From contig NW_026867538.1 in NCBI RefSeq assembly GCF_020745735.1, positions 1,798,001 to 1,862,000 of the forward strand: a stretch of DNA of 64,000 nt, given 5' to 3'. The notes below the pieces were generated by a model, which was given only the letters and a program-made list of their open reading frames with translations, searched no databases and was not told the DNA's origin. Of the stretch, positions 14,336 through 26,154 are shown piece by piece. How positions within the stretch are numbered: the stretch's first letter is position 1; every line of letters starts with the position of its first letter. Position numbers and translations under genes: made by a program. The DNA comes from Hemiscyllium ocellatum. Taxonomy: Eukaryota.

Positions 14336-16083
14336 CGAAAACAGACGTTGCAGGAAAAGCTCGTCAGTTCTGGCAGCATTCTGAAGATGAATCAGTGTTA
14401 TCGTTTTGGGTCCGGTGACCCGTTCTCAAAACTGAAGGTAACAGGTTAAATGTCAGTTTATATGTAGACGGTAGTGTGCAGAAAGGGTGGAAGTAGTAAA
14501 CGATACATCGGGACAGGACCCAAAGAGAAAGAAGAGCAGTGGGACTAACAAAGAGGTAGGTATCGATGCGGGTAGGGGAGTAAAAACCGTTAATGGAGAC
14601 ATTTCGTAGCTAACAAAACGTAGTTTACAATGGCAGACTATCTGGTTGCAAGTCCTGATGTATGGGTTAGGGGGCTATGTTCAGTCCCTATCATTATTAG
14701 AATTCATATTGAGTCTGTAGCACTGCAGTGCTCCCAAAAGTGATGCTGTTCTATCAGTTTGCACTGAGCTTCACTGGATCACTGCGACAGACTGAAGACA
14801 GAGATGCTGGTCAGGTAACAGCGAGTTGTGTTAATGTGGCAAGTTACTGGAACCCAGGGTGATTTTTCTTGCGGGCAGAACGTAGATTGTCTGCGAAGAC
14901 GTCGCCTAGTTTGTGCTTTGATTTCCCAATGTGGAATGCAGTACATTAGATGGCTTGAAATGCAGGTGAAGTGCTCGTTTCACCTGGGCAGTAAACTTTG
15001 TCCGTTGGATGGATAGAAAGGAGGAGGTAAATTGGCTAGTGTTACCGCCCTCTGTGCTGAGAATGTTGGGCATGAAGGAAGAGTGAACCAACGTGTCCAA
15101 AAGGAACGGTCCCTGCAGTAGATGGGGAAAGGAGGGGTGTAGAACGTGTATCTAATGGTAGTATCTCACTGGAGGTCGTGGAAATGGAGGGTGATTGAGG
15201 ATACCGATTGGATGGTAGTTACTTTCATGTCCCTGTTGTCGTAGGGAAGAGAATGGGTGAGGGCAGAAGTGTGGATAGTGGCTTCGATCCGGTTGAATGC
15301 CGATGTTGAACAAGTCTTCTTTTGAGGAAGAAACCCGACATTTGGGAGGCTCACTTGTCGAAAATGGCGTCATCGGAACGTATGTGATGGAGACAGAGGA
15401 ACTGAGAGAATAACTGGAGCCTTTACAGAAAGAAAGGTGTTAGCACGTACACTCCAGGTAGCTGTTGGAGTCGGTTGTATATCAGTAGACAGTTACCTTC
15501 GAAATGGGAACAGAGATGGCGAGGAAGAGATGGCGAGGTGTCAGAGGTAGTCCGGTTGAAATTGAGGTATGGTGGAAATTAAATGTACTCCAGTTTATCA
15601 AACTCACTGCTCGCAATGTGGTCTCCTAGAGATTAGGAAAATGGAACAAATACTAAGTGACTGTTTCACAGAACACTGAGATTCTGCCCCAAAACACAGT
15701 CCTTGAGCTTCCAATAGCCTACCACTTCAATGCATGATCCTGTTCCCTGACCAACTTTACTGACTCAGCCCTGCTATAGTGTTCCAGAGAACATTGGCAC
15801 AAGCTGGAAGACAAATACTTCATTTGTCTGCTCGGGACCTTGCAGCGCTCCAGTCTCAATATTGAATTCAATAATTTTAGAGTCTGAACTCTCCGATGTC
15901 CTTACTCCCTCCCCCAAACAACAGGCCTTAGTATCCTATATTCTGCCATTCCACACTACATGTCACTGTCAGTCTCCTTGGCAAGATCGTTATCTACTCC
16001 TTTGTCTGTCCAAATGCTATTCTCCCATCAGCCGTGGTGTTTTTTTTTTGCTTCTGATTTACAGTGAACGCAGTTCTTGCAGT
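14336..16083. mobile_element. Penelope-like element (Neptune type) with inverted partial duplication
   Basis: 14336-15585 is a minus-strand RT-thumb/GIY-YIG/terminal repeat; 15585-16083 is a plus-strand GIY-YIG copy (TGCTCGCAATGTGGTCTCC = CSQCGL); flanked by TTCTCCTAAGGTA / TTCTCTGAAGGTA. Confidence 0.75.
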
Positions 16084-16691
16084 TTCTCTGAAGGTAAGCT
16101 TGAAAGTTGAGTGGCTGGTTAGGAACGAAAATACATCGTTGGCATCTATTTCAAAATGACTCGATTATAAAAGCAGGGATGTCCTACTCGTGCTTTAAAA
16201 GGCACTGGCCCGACCACGTTCAGAATATTGTGAGCAATTTTGGGATTTATATGTCATGAACAATGTATTGGCAGCGATGTGTATCAAGATGAGGTTTACA
16301 AGAATGATCCCTGTAATGAAAGACTTAACATATGCGGAACATTTGACTACTCTAGGTTGAAGCTGATAGGATGAGCGTGGATCTAGATAAAATTTACAGA
16401 ATACTGAAGCCTTGAATAGAGAAGATGGAGGGAGGATGTTCTTATGTGCGGGAGACACGAGTAACCGAGGCGTAGCCTGAGAGTAAAGAAAGACCGTTCA
16501 GATTGGATATGAGGAAAGCCTGGTTAATCAATTGAATTCATAGATACAGAAGGCCATGGAGTCCACGTCGTTCTTTTTTACAGTTAAGATAGAGGCTGGC
16601 AATTTCTTTTCTGTTAAGGGAATCAAAGATTATACGTACTTTGAATATGCGTAACAGATACTGTGCATGGAAGCGATCAGAGAAAATGCTT

Positions 16692-17325
16692 GTAACGTTT
16701 TCTAAAAAAAAACCCAAAGCTTTTAGAATGAAAATCAAACCTCACAGTTCGGGTACTTATTTTTCTAGGAGAACGTGAGGACTGCAGATCAGGATTACTT
16801 ATGAAGGGCTCATGCCAGAAACGCCAATTCTCCTGCTCCCTTGCATGCTGCCTGACCTGCTGTGCTTTTCCTGCAACACATTTTCATCTCATTTTTTTTT
16901 CTAGTTTTGTTTAGTTTTTGCTGGGTACTCCAACAAGCTGCTGGAAAAAAGAGACTCAATATTTCAGCTAATGGTTCCTGGTTGATCCTCTCTGTGAACT
17001 CTCACTCCTGTAAGAATCTGTGTTTTATTTAACTTTTTTTTGCCAAAGCGTGTGTTGATCGGATTTTACAGAAATCAGATTTGTTGTTTGTTAAGTTGTA
17101 AGGTATATCATGTTGAGCGGCTTTGCAAATAATTGACATTCTTAATTTTGTTTTCATTTGCTTCCGTTTAGTTTGGACCACTGTAAATAAGTTATGTTCT
17201 GCTTAGAACTGAGCGGTTTGACGAACTGCAATATTCACCGTATGCCTATTTAAAACCACTAAAACTATTAGCATCCGGACTACATGCTTGAAAGATTTGG
17301 GGGTTCTGGCCTTATCCATCATAAT
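16692..17325 (+). mobile_element. Probable solo Gypsy LTR
   Basis: Starts TGTAAC; its 3' end (AAGATTTGGGGGTTCTGGCC...CATAATA) resembles the LTR end at ~48940-48971. Confidence 0.45.
16769..16890 (+). mobile_element. Short PLE-terminal-repeat insertion with decayed hammerhead
   Basis: CTTATGA-AGGGC-TCAT-GCCA-GAAACGCC followed by ATGCTGCCTGACCTGCTGTGCTTTTCC, matching the terminal repeat at 57731-57830; flanked by TTTTTCTAG on both sides. Confidence 0.75.
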
Positions 17326-17352
17326 AGCATCGATCGTAAAATTTTATAATTT

Positions 17353-17852
17353 NNNNNNNNNNNNNNNNNNNNNNNNNNNNNNNNNNNNNNNNNNNNNNNN
17401 NNNNNNNNNNNNNNNNNNNNNNNNNNNNNNNNNNNNNNNNNNNNNNNNNNNNNNNNNNNNNNNNNNNNNNNNNNNNNNNNNNNNNNNNNNNNNNNNNNNN
17501 NNNNNNNNNNNNNNNNNNNNNNNNNNNNNNNNNNNNNNNNNNNNNNNNNNNNNNNNNNNNNNNNNNNNNNNNNNNNNNNNNNNNNNNNNNNNNNNNNNNN
17601 NNNNNNNNNNNNNNNNNNNNNNNNNNNNNNNNNNNNNNNNNNNNNNNNNNNNNNNNNNNNNNNNNNNNNNNNNNNNNNNNNNNNNNNNNNNNNNNNNNNN
17701 NNNNNNNNNNNNNNNNNNNNNNNNNNNNNNNNNNNNNNNNNNNNNNNNNNNNNNNNNNNNNNNNNNNNNNNNNNNNNNNNNNNNNNNNNNNNNNNNNNNN
17801 NNNNNNNNNNNNNNNNNNNNNNNNNNNNNNNNNNNNNNNNNNNNNNNNNNNN
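17353..17852. other. Assembly gap (500 N)
   Basis: Run of N. Confidence 1.
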
Positions 17853-17860
17853 TTTTTTTT

Positions 17861-18870
17861 AAGAAAATAGGACATCGAAAAATACAGCGCAGTACAGGCC
17901 CTTCGGCTCTCGATGTTGCGCCAAGTCCACCTAACCTACACTAGTCCACTATCCTCCATATGCCTATCCAATGCCCGTTTAAATGCCCATAAAGAGGGAG
18001 AGTCCACCACTGCTACTGGCAGAACATTCCATGAACTCACGACTCGCTGAGTAAAGAATATACCCCTAACATCAATCCTATACCTACCACCCCTTAATTT
18101 AATGCTATGCCCCCTCGTAATATCTGACTCCATACGTGGAAAAGGGTTCTCATGGTCAACCCTATCTAAACCCTAATCATCTTGAACACCTCTATCAAGT
18201 CACCCCTAAACCTTCAGTTCTCCAATGAAAACAACCCCAAGTTCCTTAGCCTTTCCCCATACGATCTTCCTTTTACACCAAGCAACATCCTGGCAAACCT
18301 CCTCTGCACCCGTTCCAGTGCCTCCACATCCTTCCTATAGTATTGCGACCAAAACTGCACACAATGCGGCCGCACCAGAGTCTTATACAACTGTAACATG
18401 ACCTCAGGACTCCGGAAGTAAATTCCTCTGCCAATAAAAGCCAGGACGCCATATGCCTTCTTCACAGCACTATTTATCTGGGTGGTAACTTGCAGAGATC
18501 TGTGTACATGGACACCAAGATCCCTCTGCTCATCCACACTACCAAGTATCCGACCATTAGCCAAGTGCCCATTCTTCTTGTTACTCTTACCAAAGTGAAT
18601 CACTTTACACTTAGCTACATTGAACTCCATTTGCCACCTTTCTGCCCAGCTCTGCAGCTTATCTATATCCCGCTGTAACCAGCCACATCCTTCCTCACTG
18701 TCAACAACTCCACCGACTGTCGTATCATCCGCAAACTTGCTCACCCAACCTTCTAGCCCCTCGTCCAGGTCATTTATAAAAATGACAAACAGCAATGATC
18801 CCAAAACAGATCCTTCCAGAACACCGCTGGTAACTGCACTCCAAGATGAACCTTTACCATCAACTACTAA
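17861..18870 (-). mobile_element. Young 5'-truncated CR1 LINE (RT C-terminal half and 3' UTR)
   Basis: 196-aa ORF 18214-18804: LFVIFINDL...KFADDT...WQMEFNVAKCKVIHFG...RDLGV...LERVQRR; tail ACAGGCCCTTCGGC. Confidence 0.95.
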
Positions 18871-19350
18871 AGCTTTGTTAAGCTTTGGCCCATCATTCCT
18901 ACACTGGTTCTTTCAGTTTTCTCATCAAGATTTAGCAGTGACATATTCGGTCAAATAGCTACTTTTTTTCTCTATTTAATGCAGTATTCACTTCACATAT
19001 TTGAAACTTACTCCTAAATCCAAATGACCAGCACTGCGTGCTGATACTTTCATGAGAAATGTCATGATACGTTGAACACAGACGAAATGACGTGGATCAG
19101 GAGCATTTCGTTCTGAGATCTGACTCGTCCTGTACGAACCTTAGCTCCGAGCGTGGGATTATCAAAGATCAGACTGAGAGGTCACATTTATTCCCTGTTT
19201 CCAGTTCCAGATGCTCTTGGTGAGTGAAATGTCCCTTTAGCAATCCCAAAATTGTGCCAAAGTCAATGAACCTGGGTTCAGTATTAATTGCAGTATGCTC
19301 TAATACTACAGTGTGTGCGTTTTTAATGAGATTCTGTTTTCCAGGAGCTC

Positions 19351-19587
19351 ACTGCGTCTGTGAGGACACGTTCTCCCCGTGTCTCCGTGGGTTTCCTCCG
19401 GGTGCTCCGGTTTCCTCCCACAGTCCAAAGATGTGCGGGTCAGGTGAATTGGCCATGCTAAATTGCCCGTAGTGTTAGGTAAGGGGTAAATGTAGGGGGG
19501 AGGGGTGGGTTGCGCTTCGGCGGGTCGGTGTGGACTTGTTGGGCAGAAGGGTCTGTTTCCACACTGTAAGTAATCTAATCTAATCTA
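19351..19587 (+). mobile_element. HE1-type V-SINE, 5'-truncated, young
   Basis: Near-consensus core GGGTTTCCTCCGGGTGCTCCGGTTTCCTCCCACAGTCCAAAGATGTGC; (TAATC)3 tail. Confidence 0.92.
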
Positions 19588-19689
19588 AAGAAACAATGAG
19601 GACTGCCTGGAAGAATTAAGGGTTGATCTGATATCAGTCACTAAAACAATAACAGGACAAGACAAAGTAGATAAACATAATAACATTTT

Positions 19690-19970
19690 CGCAAGTTGGC
19701 CTTCCTGAACTCGTGGTGTAGTCCGAGAATGAGGACCAAAACCTTCACGGGAGATGTTAGAAAGCACACTTACACACAAATATTGCCAGATGTTTGGGCC
19801 TCTCTTCAACGAATGCCAGTGGACGCTAAATCAGTTGCAAATTCTAAATCTGAAAAACATTTCACTTCAAAGGTGTGGACCAAAGGCAGATATAAGGAGT
19901 CAGCCATGATTTAACGGAATGACGCAACAGACTGGAGGAACTGATGTCCTACTGCTCTTTCTATGCTCCT
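19690..19970 (+). mobile_element. CR1 3'-end fragment, degenerate
   Basis: AGATGTTAGAAAGCACACTTACACACAA; TCAGCCATGAT...CCTACTGCTCTTTCTATG 3' UTR. Confidence 0.6.
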
Positions 19971-20639
19971 GTCTGCTGCAAGGGGCAGAGGAGGAATATA
20001 ATATAGGAGATTCATGATTACCCTAACCATGAATTACAGAATGAAAAGCTGGACAGATGGACAACTTCTCAAGTTCCATCTGAATTTCTCATCCATCAAC
20101 TCACCAATCAGGAAAGGAACGTGGGGACCTCGATGGACGGTGTTAATTCATCAGGAATTCAGCCGAGAGGGTCCAAAATTATTCTGTTCTCCCAACGTTT
20201 GAACAAAACTGTCGTTGCGTCTTAATCCCACTCTTGCTTGTTATATGCAGTGGATGGCTCCAAAACTAATTGGGAGTCTGCATGTATTCCCATGCCAACA
20301 GACAAAACCCTTGAGTCTGCTGCACCATTTGACACCATCATATACGAATGAGAGAATTACCCATCTGCTCGTTAATTCACTTACTGTCCTGGCATCTACT
20401 GTGTTCTTGGTCAGTGAAATGCAGATTCACGAACTTTCGGGAGATCTTCTCTCTCTCTTCTAAACTTCACATGGCAAAGACAGGAGTCTAATTTGGATTA
20501 ATTAGATTTGTCTCACATTTAGCAACACCAGGGCAGAAATTATACACTTTTGGATAAGTCCTGGTGAGTGTTCGTGAGCAAAGAGATCTTGTGGTGAAGG
20601 CACATAATTCCTTGACATTGGGGTCGCAGGTCGACAGGA

Positions 20640-21170
20640 TAGCACATGGACATAAAATACCACAGGACAGTACGGCTTCTTCTTTACTCGATGTTGTGTC
20701 GAACTTTTATCCGACTCTAAGATCAAACTAAGTTACATCCACTTCATTTTACTGTCATCCATGTGATTATTCAGATGTTGATAAATGTCCCTAATGTATC
20801 TGACTCTGTGACCACTTATCGCAGTGCATTCCACGCACTCATCTCTTTCTGTGTAAAGATTTTACCTCCGCAATCTTCCCTAAACCTTTCTTCATACACC
20901 TTCAAATTATGTCCCCTCGTGACAGCCATTTCCGCCATGGTATAAAGTATCTGGCCATCCACTCATGCCTCTCATTATTTTGTAGATATCAATAAAGTCA
21001 CCTCTTGTTCTTGTTCACTTCAATGGGAAAAGCCCTCGCTATCTTAAACATTCTTCATAAGACATGCCCTCTAATCCAGGCAACATCCGAGTAAATCTCC
21101 TCTGCACCCACTGGAAAGCTTCCACAGCATTCCCATAATGACGTGACCACAACTGAACACAATATTCCAA
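20640..21170 (-). mobile_element. CR1 3' fragment
   Basis: AAGTCACCTCT (RGDL antisense); AATCCAGGCAACATCC...CTCTGCACC (VQRR antisense). Confidence 0.82.
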
Positions 21171-21171
21171 G

Positions 21172-21822
21172 AAAAGTGAAAAAGCGGTTTGGCATGCTAC
21201 CCTTTATTAATCAGTGCATGAAGTTGGGAGGTCATTTTGCGTCAGGACAAGAGATTGTTTGGCCATTTATGGAATATTGTGTGCAATTCTGGTCATTTTA
21301 AAATCGCAAGTGTGTGGTGAAACTTGAAATGCTTAAGAAAAGATTTCGAAAAATGTTGTCCGGTTTGGGAGGTCTGAGCGACAGGGAGACGCTAATATGT
21401 TGGGGCTGTTTTCCCTGGAGCGTCAGAGATGGAGGGATGAATGCATAGAGATGTATAAAATCAGCAGGGTCCTGGATAGGTTAAATAGACAAGGTATTTT
21501 TTTCCCTTGAGTGGGGGAGTCAAGAACTGGAGGGCATAGCTTTCGGGTGAGAGGTGAAAGATTATAAGAAGGACTGAAGGAGTAACGTGTTCATGCAGTG
21601 GGTCATGCATGTAATAAACGAGGTGTCAGATGAAGTACTATAAGCTGATACAATTACAATATATAAAAAGGCGTCAGAATGGGCATATGGATAGGAAAGT
21701 TTTTTTTAGGGATATAGGCCAAATGACAGCAAATGGGAATATATTAATTTAGGATATCTGATTGTCATGGACCAGTTTCAACAAAAGGGTCTGTGTCTGT
21801 GTTGTACAAATCTATGACTCTA
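21172..21822 (+). mobile_element. CR1 3' fragment
   Basis: GAATATTGTGTGCAATTCTGGTC (EYCVQFWS); TTTTCCCTGGAGCG (FSLER); tail TCTATGACTCTAT. Confidence 0.85.
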
Positions 21823-21936
21823 TTTAAAGGGCAAGTTCTTATATTAGTAGCTTTCTTCCCATTGTAACCTTTTGTTCAGTGCGAGGTTTTTATCACAGAG
21901 ATCACCAGTTTATCTTAGGAAGAGAGATTGAGCAGT

Positions 21937-22985
21937 TATAGAGTCATAGTTTCATGGAGACATACAACCCGAAAGCAGACTCTCCATGCCGACTAAAATG
22001 TCCACCCGTGCTCAACACATTTCCCTGTATTTGGCCCATATCCGTCTGAACATTTCCTATCCATGTATTTGTCCAAATGCCTTTTTACTGTCGCTAATAT
22101 ATCTGCGTCAACCAATTCCACTGACAGCTCATTCTATATGCTTACCACCATCCGACTAAAAAAAAGTTGCCGCGTAGGTTCACTTTTATTTTCCCCCTCT
22201 AACCTTAAACTGATGCCTTCGCGTCCTCGATTCCCCAAACCTCAGAAAACGAGTGTATTCTCCCCACCTATGCTACGTATGACCTTATGCACTTCAATAA
22301 AATCCTCCCTCCGCCTCCAACAATCTAACATTTCTTAACTTCCCAACCTCTCCCAAACCTCAGACCGATGAGTCCATGCATCATACTTGTAAATTTATTC
22401 TTCACTCTTTCCAGTTTCGTAGTATCCTTTCTGTAGCAAAGTGATTAAAACTGAACAGAATCAACTAAGTGCAGCTTCACCAAAGTTCTGTAAAACTGCA
22501 ACATGACTTCCCAACTTCTATACTCAATGCACTGACCGATGAAGGCCAGTATACTAAAAGCTTTCTTTACTGTTCTGTTTGCATGTGATTCCACTTTCAG
22601 AGAACATTGAACCTGAACTCCAAGGTACCTATTTCTAACTAAACTCATTAAGGCCCTACCATTTAACATGAAACTCATACCTTGATCTAAATTGCTGAAA
22701 TGCAAGACCTCACACTTAAACACCATTTTTCAGCCCACTTCCCCAGCTGTTCAAGACCCTGCTGCAATTTCTGATAACCATCTCCACTGCTCACGATTCC
22801 ACCTATTTTAGTGTAATTTGCAAACCTTCTAATCATAGCTTGGGCAGTCTCCTCCAAATGATTGATATCGATAACAAACAGCAATGGGCCCACCTTTGAC
22901 CCCTGAGACAATCCACTATCGACAGGCCTCTAGTGTGACAAGCATCCTTCCATTATTATCCTTTTCTTCCCAGCATTAACCCAAT
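21937..22985 (-). mobile_element. CR1 RT/3' fragment
   Basis: ORFs with SQGSKVGPLLF, FANYTK, WAEKW, CEVLHF, QFYRTLVK. Confidence 0.88.
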
Positions 22986-23629
22986 TGTGGAGCCAAATTT
23001 TCCTTCTCCTTCTGGATTCCATACGGTCAAAACTTCCCGAAATGCCGAGCATGTCAGAACCTTAACCCTGGAGGAGATTACAGGGATGGACACTGACTTG
23101 GATTTCCATACCTGTTACATAATTCATGTAGGATGGGATGAAGGGACCGTAAGTGGGATCGCACAGATGACAGCTGTTAATGGTGACATCGGTTTGAGGA
23201 TATATGACGAGAAAAAAAAGAAATGTGTGATGCACAATGACTTGAAAAGTTCCAAAACTGAGATGGATATGTTCATATTTGCATAGTAACTGAAGGGTTA
23301 CAGCACCAAAAGGCACTGAATGTGCTGAGATTCGAATTGCCCATGAGCCAAATATGATGCAAGATAACATTGAATGGCAGAATCTCTTCCTGTTCATGCT
23401 CAGATTTTGATATAGATTTTTTAATTAAAAAACTCGCCACTTGGTACAAAATGCTTCATATGCATTGATCCATTGATGGCAGAGCCTGCACCACAAAAAA
23501 CAAATTGAAATACGGAGCGTTTCGCTCAGGTTTCACCAAGCTCATCACTGTGGTAACTGCAGCAGGAATTCGCTGGTTCTCAACTTACAGTGTGTCCACT
23601 TCAGATCATGTCAAAAATTAAGACATAGG

Positions 23630-24010
23630 TTCACACACAATCACAAAATGCTTGCTACACATACACGCGCGCACACACACACAAACACACACACACTGAT
23701 CGATACGCACACACGCACACTCGTACACATATATTGATTCAATCACCCATCTACTCTCATACACATACATACTGCTGTATGCACACACACATACACATAC
23801 ATACAGACTGGTGTAAACACATGCATGCACTTGGACACTACGCATACACACTGATTCACACACATCCATAATCTCTGATAACTAAATGCACACTTATGTA
23901 CACGCATTCTCACCCTCACGCAAGTACATACTGATTCACACAGACACACACAATATACCAACACATTCATTTGCAAAAATACAGATCCGGTGTCAAAAAA
24001 TACACAGACA
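23630..24010. repeat. Degenerate (CA)n/(TG)n microsatellite region
   Basis: Interrupted CACACA/CATACA runs. Confidence 0.85.
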
Positions 24011-25019
24011 CCTTGTACAAATCAGCTACTCACGCACTGTTTCTGTGGTAATATTAATGAATACAAACCTGCTGGTGGGGAATCCTCTGAACTTTGAATC
24101 TGTTAATGTTGATGCTGGTGAGTCAATTGACCATTAAACCAACTGCAAGGCAAAGACAAATGACAAACCGCTCAAGAGATGATTAACTCCTGGATACCGC
24201 ATACTCATATAAAGAGTGACTGCATTGCAGCCAAATCACTTTGCCTGGAAGGAGCTGAGGGAACAATGGACAACGCCCTGCCCATGGTATTTGGAGCCCT
24301 GCTCTTCCTGCAGACCATTATTGCCGAAGACGAGACGGCATCAGAACTAGTCAGAGGTATGTCTATTCTTTGCGTCGCTTACCTGTGGGATGGGGTAGGT
24401 CATCCGGCCCCCGAATGCTTTCTGCAGGCAGACCTGTTAATGGAGAGTGTAGCGGCATTTTCATCCCGTCTGCGCTCCTTGCAAGCACCCCCCTGCACTA
24501 AATAGCCCTGCCCAGACAAAACATACCATGCATCAAAAGCTCTGGGCCCCAACTGACCCAAGGATCAAACATTTGAGAGATAGGCTGGGGTTGAATGCTT
24601 GAGCATATCTATTCCTCTTTCGGTAAAACTGTGAGTTCCAACGACGCTCCTCTCCACAGTGGCCTCTCTTGAGACTGACTGTCACACATCCATGTGTCCC
24701 GAGCTCTCCCTTCTGATGAATAACCTATAGTTTACCAATGTCATGGCTGTCATGGTCAACGCCGGAATAAGTTCCGGATGTGGAGACACTCTGGAATCCC
24801 CAGCTGGAGGGTGTAGCCAAGAGATGATAGGAAAATTCGAAAATTCCCCAGGTACCCTCGCGAGGTCTACCTTGAAGGTGGTTACTGTTTCTAATGAAGT
24901 GACAAGTAGATATTCCTCATGAAATGGATAACACAATATGTACTGTGCTCCCGGTATGGATCTAACTAAATCATGTGGTGATGGAAGTCGGTAAAATCAG
25001 TAGGTGGAAAATCACACCA

Positions 25020-25175
25020 GTTCAAGCAGAATCTAAGGACCAGGAAGGTCAGTGTTTCAGGACGAAAGAGTTCTTGATCAACGCTGATTTTCATGATCCA
25101 CGGATGTTTTCTGACGTGTTGTATTTTTCCAGTTCCACATTTTGCAGGCTGTAACTTCCAGCATCTACGGTCCAC
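25020..25175. mobile_element. Decayed short PLE-terminal-repeat element
   Basis: GGATGTTTTCTGACGTGTTGTATTTTTCCAG...TTCCAGCATCTACGGTCC resembles the PLE terminal repeat seen at 46344-46512 and 57731-57830. Confidence 0.5.
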
Positions 25176-25199
25176 ACTGTTTCAAAGACACTGAGATAG

Positions 25200-25655
25200 G
25201 AACTCTGCGCAGTGCAGCCAGCGTCATTTGACTAAGGGATATGCAAATGGAACCTCTGCACTGTGATGCCGGTACATTCTGAAGGATAATACGAGGACTG
25301 TGCCTCGTGATCCCAAATTGAATCTAACTGAGGGCTCGTGAGATGACGAGTGAGCACAGAGTTCCCAGTGTCTTGAAACTGAGGGACAGGGAATGGGGAC
25401 TGTGCACAGGGTTCGCTGTGTGGTCTGAAGGAGAGGGCATTGAGACCGTACACAGGGCTCCATTTGTGGTCTGAGGAATAGTCCAATAGGGAATGTGTAC
25501 ATGCCACACCTCCCCCCCCCCCCCACCCCGCCCGCCACCAATACGGGCCTAAATATTGGGTAGTGGAAGGCATAAGTGCACAATTCTCCTGGTGTAGTCC
25601 AATTGAAGCAGTTTGTTCACAGAACTGTGCACAATGGCTTGAAGTGTATCTGAGC
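25200..25655 (+). repeat. Degenerate ~50-bp minisatellite, block 1
   Basis: ACTGTGCAC...TGTGGTCTG-like units at ~25202, 25253, 25297, 25349, 25399, 25445, 25492, 25574, 25624. Confidence 0.65.
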
Positions 25656-26154
25656 CAAAGGACATGGGAATGATGAAATGCATAAAGCAGATTGGTTGAT
25701 GGTGGAAGCTAGATAAAACCACATAGGGGAATTGGAGAGAACGCCGTTCTCACATAAGTCTCCACGAGGTAACACAGTCCAATAACCTGTCATTCTCTGC
25801 ATTTCAGCGGCATCATTCGGATGCTCCAGCGTGGGTGGTAGGTGTCGAAATGATGGCTGTGATCCAGGAGAAATCCGGAAAAGCCACCTTTGTGTCTGGA
25901 CATATGGCTGCTGCATCCGTGTGCGCAAGAACTGAGATGGTGGGTGGGGGCAACAAGGTGGTGGGCATGATGATGAAACAAGCCATGCCAGAGGGCACAT
26001 TCATCAGGTCCACTGATTCCTGTCAGTTAAGGGAGTCAAATAATGGAGAGTTTGCAGAAATAAAATCACTGCATTAACATTCACCTGAGGTCCGTTTCTT
26101 CTTGACACACAGCATGACATTGGCTGGGGCATTGTGACATGACTGCAGAAATGT

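Larger units (their letters stand above)
12840..16680 (+). mobile_element. CR1 LINE ORF2 relic, interrupted by PLE insertions at ~13397-13530 and 14336-16083
   Basis: LNDFFASV-like segment, IYTSFQKDFDNLPHRRLL, VSDD (FADD-like), RPRSEYCEQFW. Confidence 0.82.

Noticed and set aside
17288-17944. Long ORFs across the N runs (also 48208-48714)
   Set aside because: Artefacts of assembly gaps and the (CT)n repeat.
23618-24137. Cys/Val- or His/Thr-rich ORFs
   Set aside because: Translations of the (CA)n microsatellite.
25240-25265. Octamer ATGCAAAT plus CACTGTG heptamer suggesting an Ig promoter or RSS
   Set aside because: Both lie inside the 50-bp repeat; there is no nonamer at 12/23 spacing and no V, J or C segment nearby.
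25617-26077. Harbinger transposase remnant (GDLC...QSA)
   Set aside because: Motif spacing is wrong and there is no DDE motif or terminal inverted repeats.
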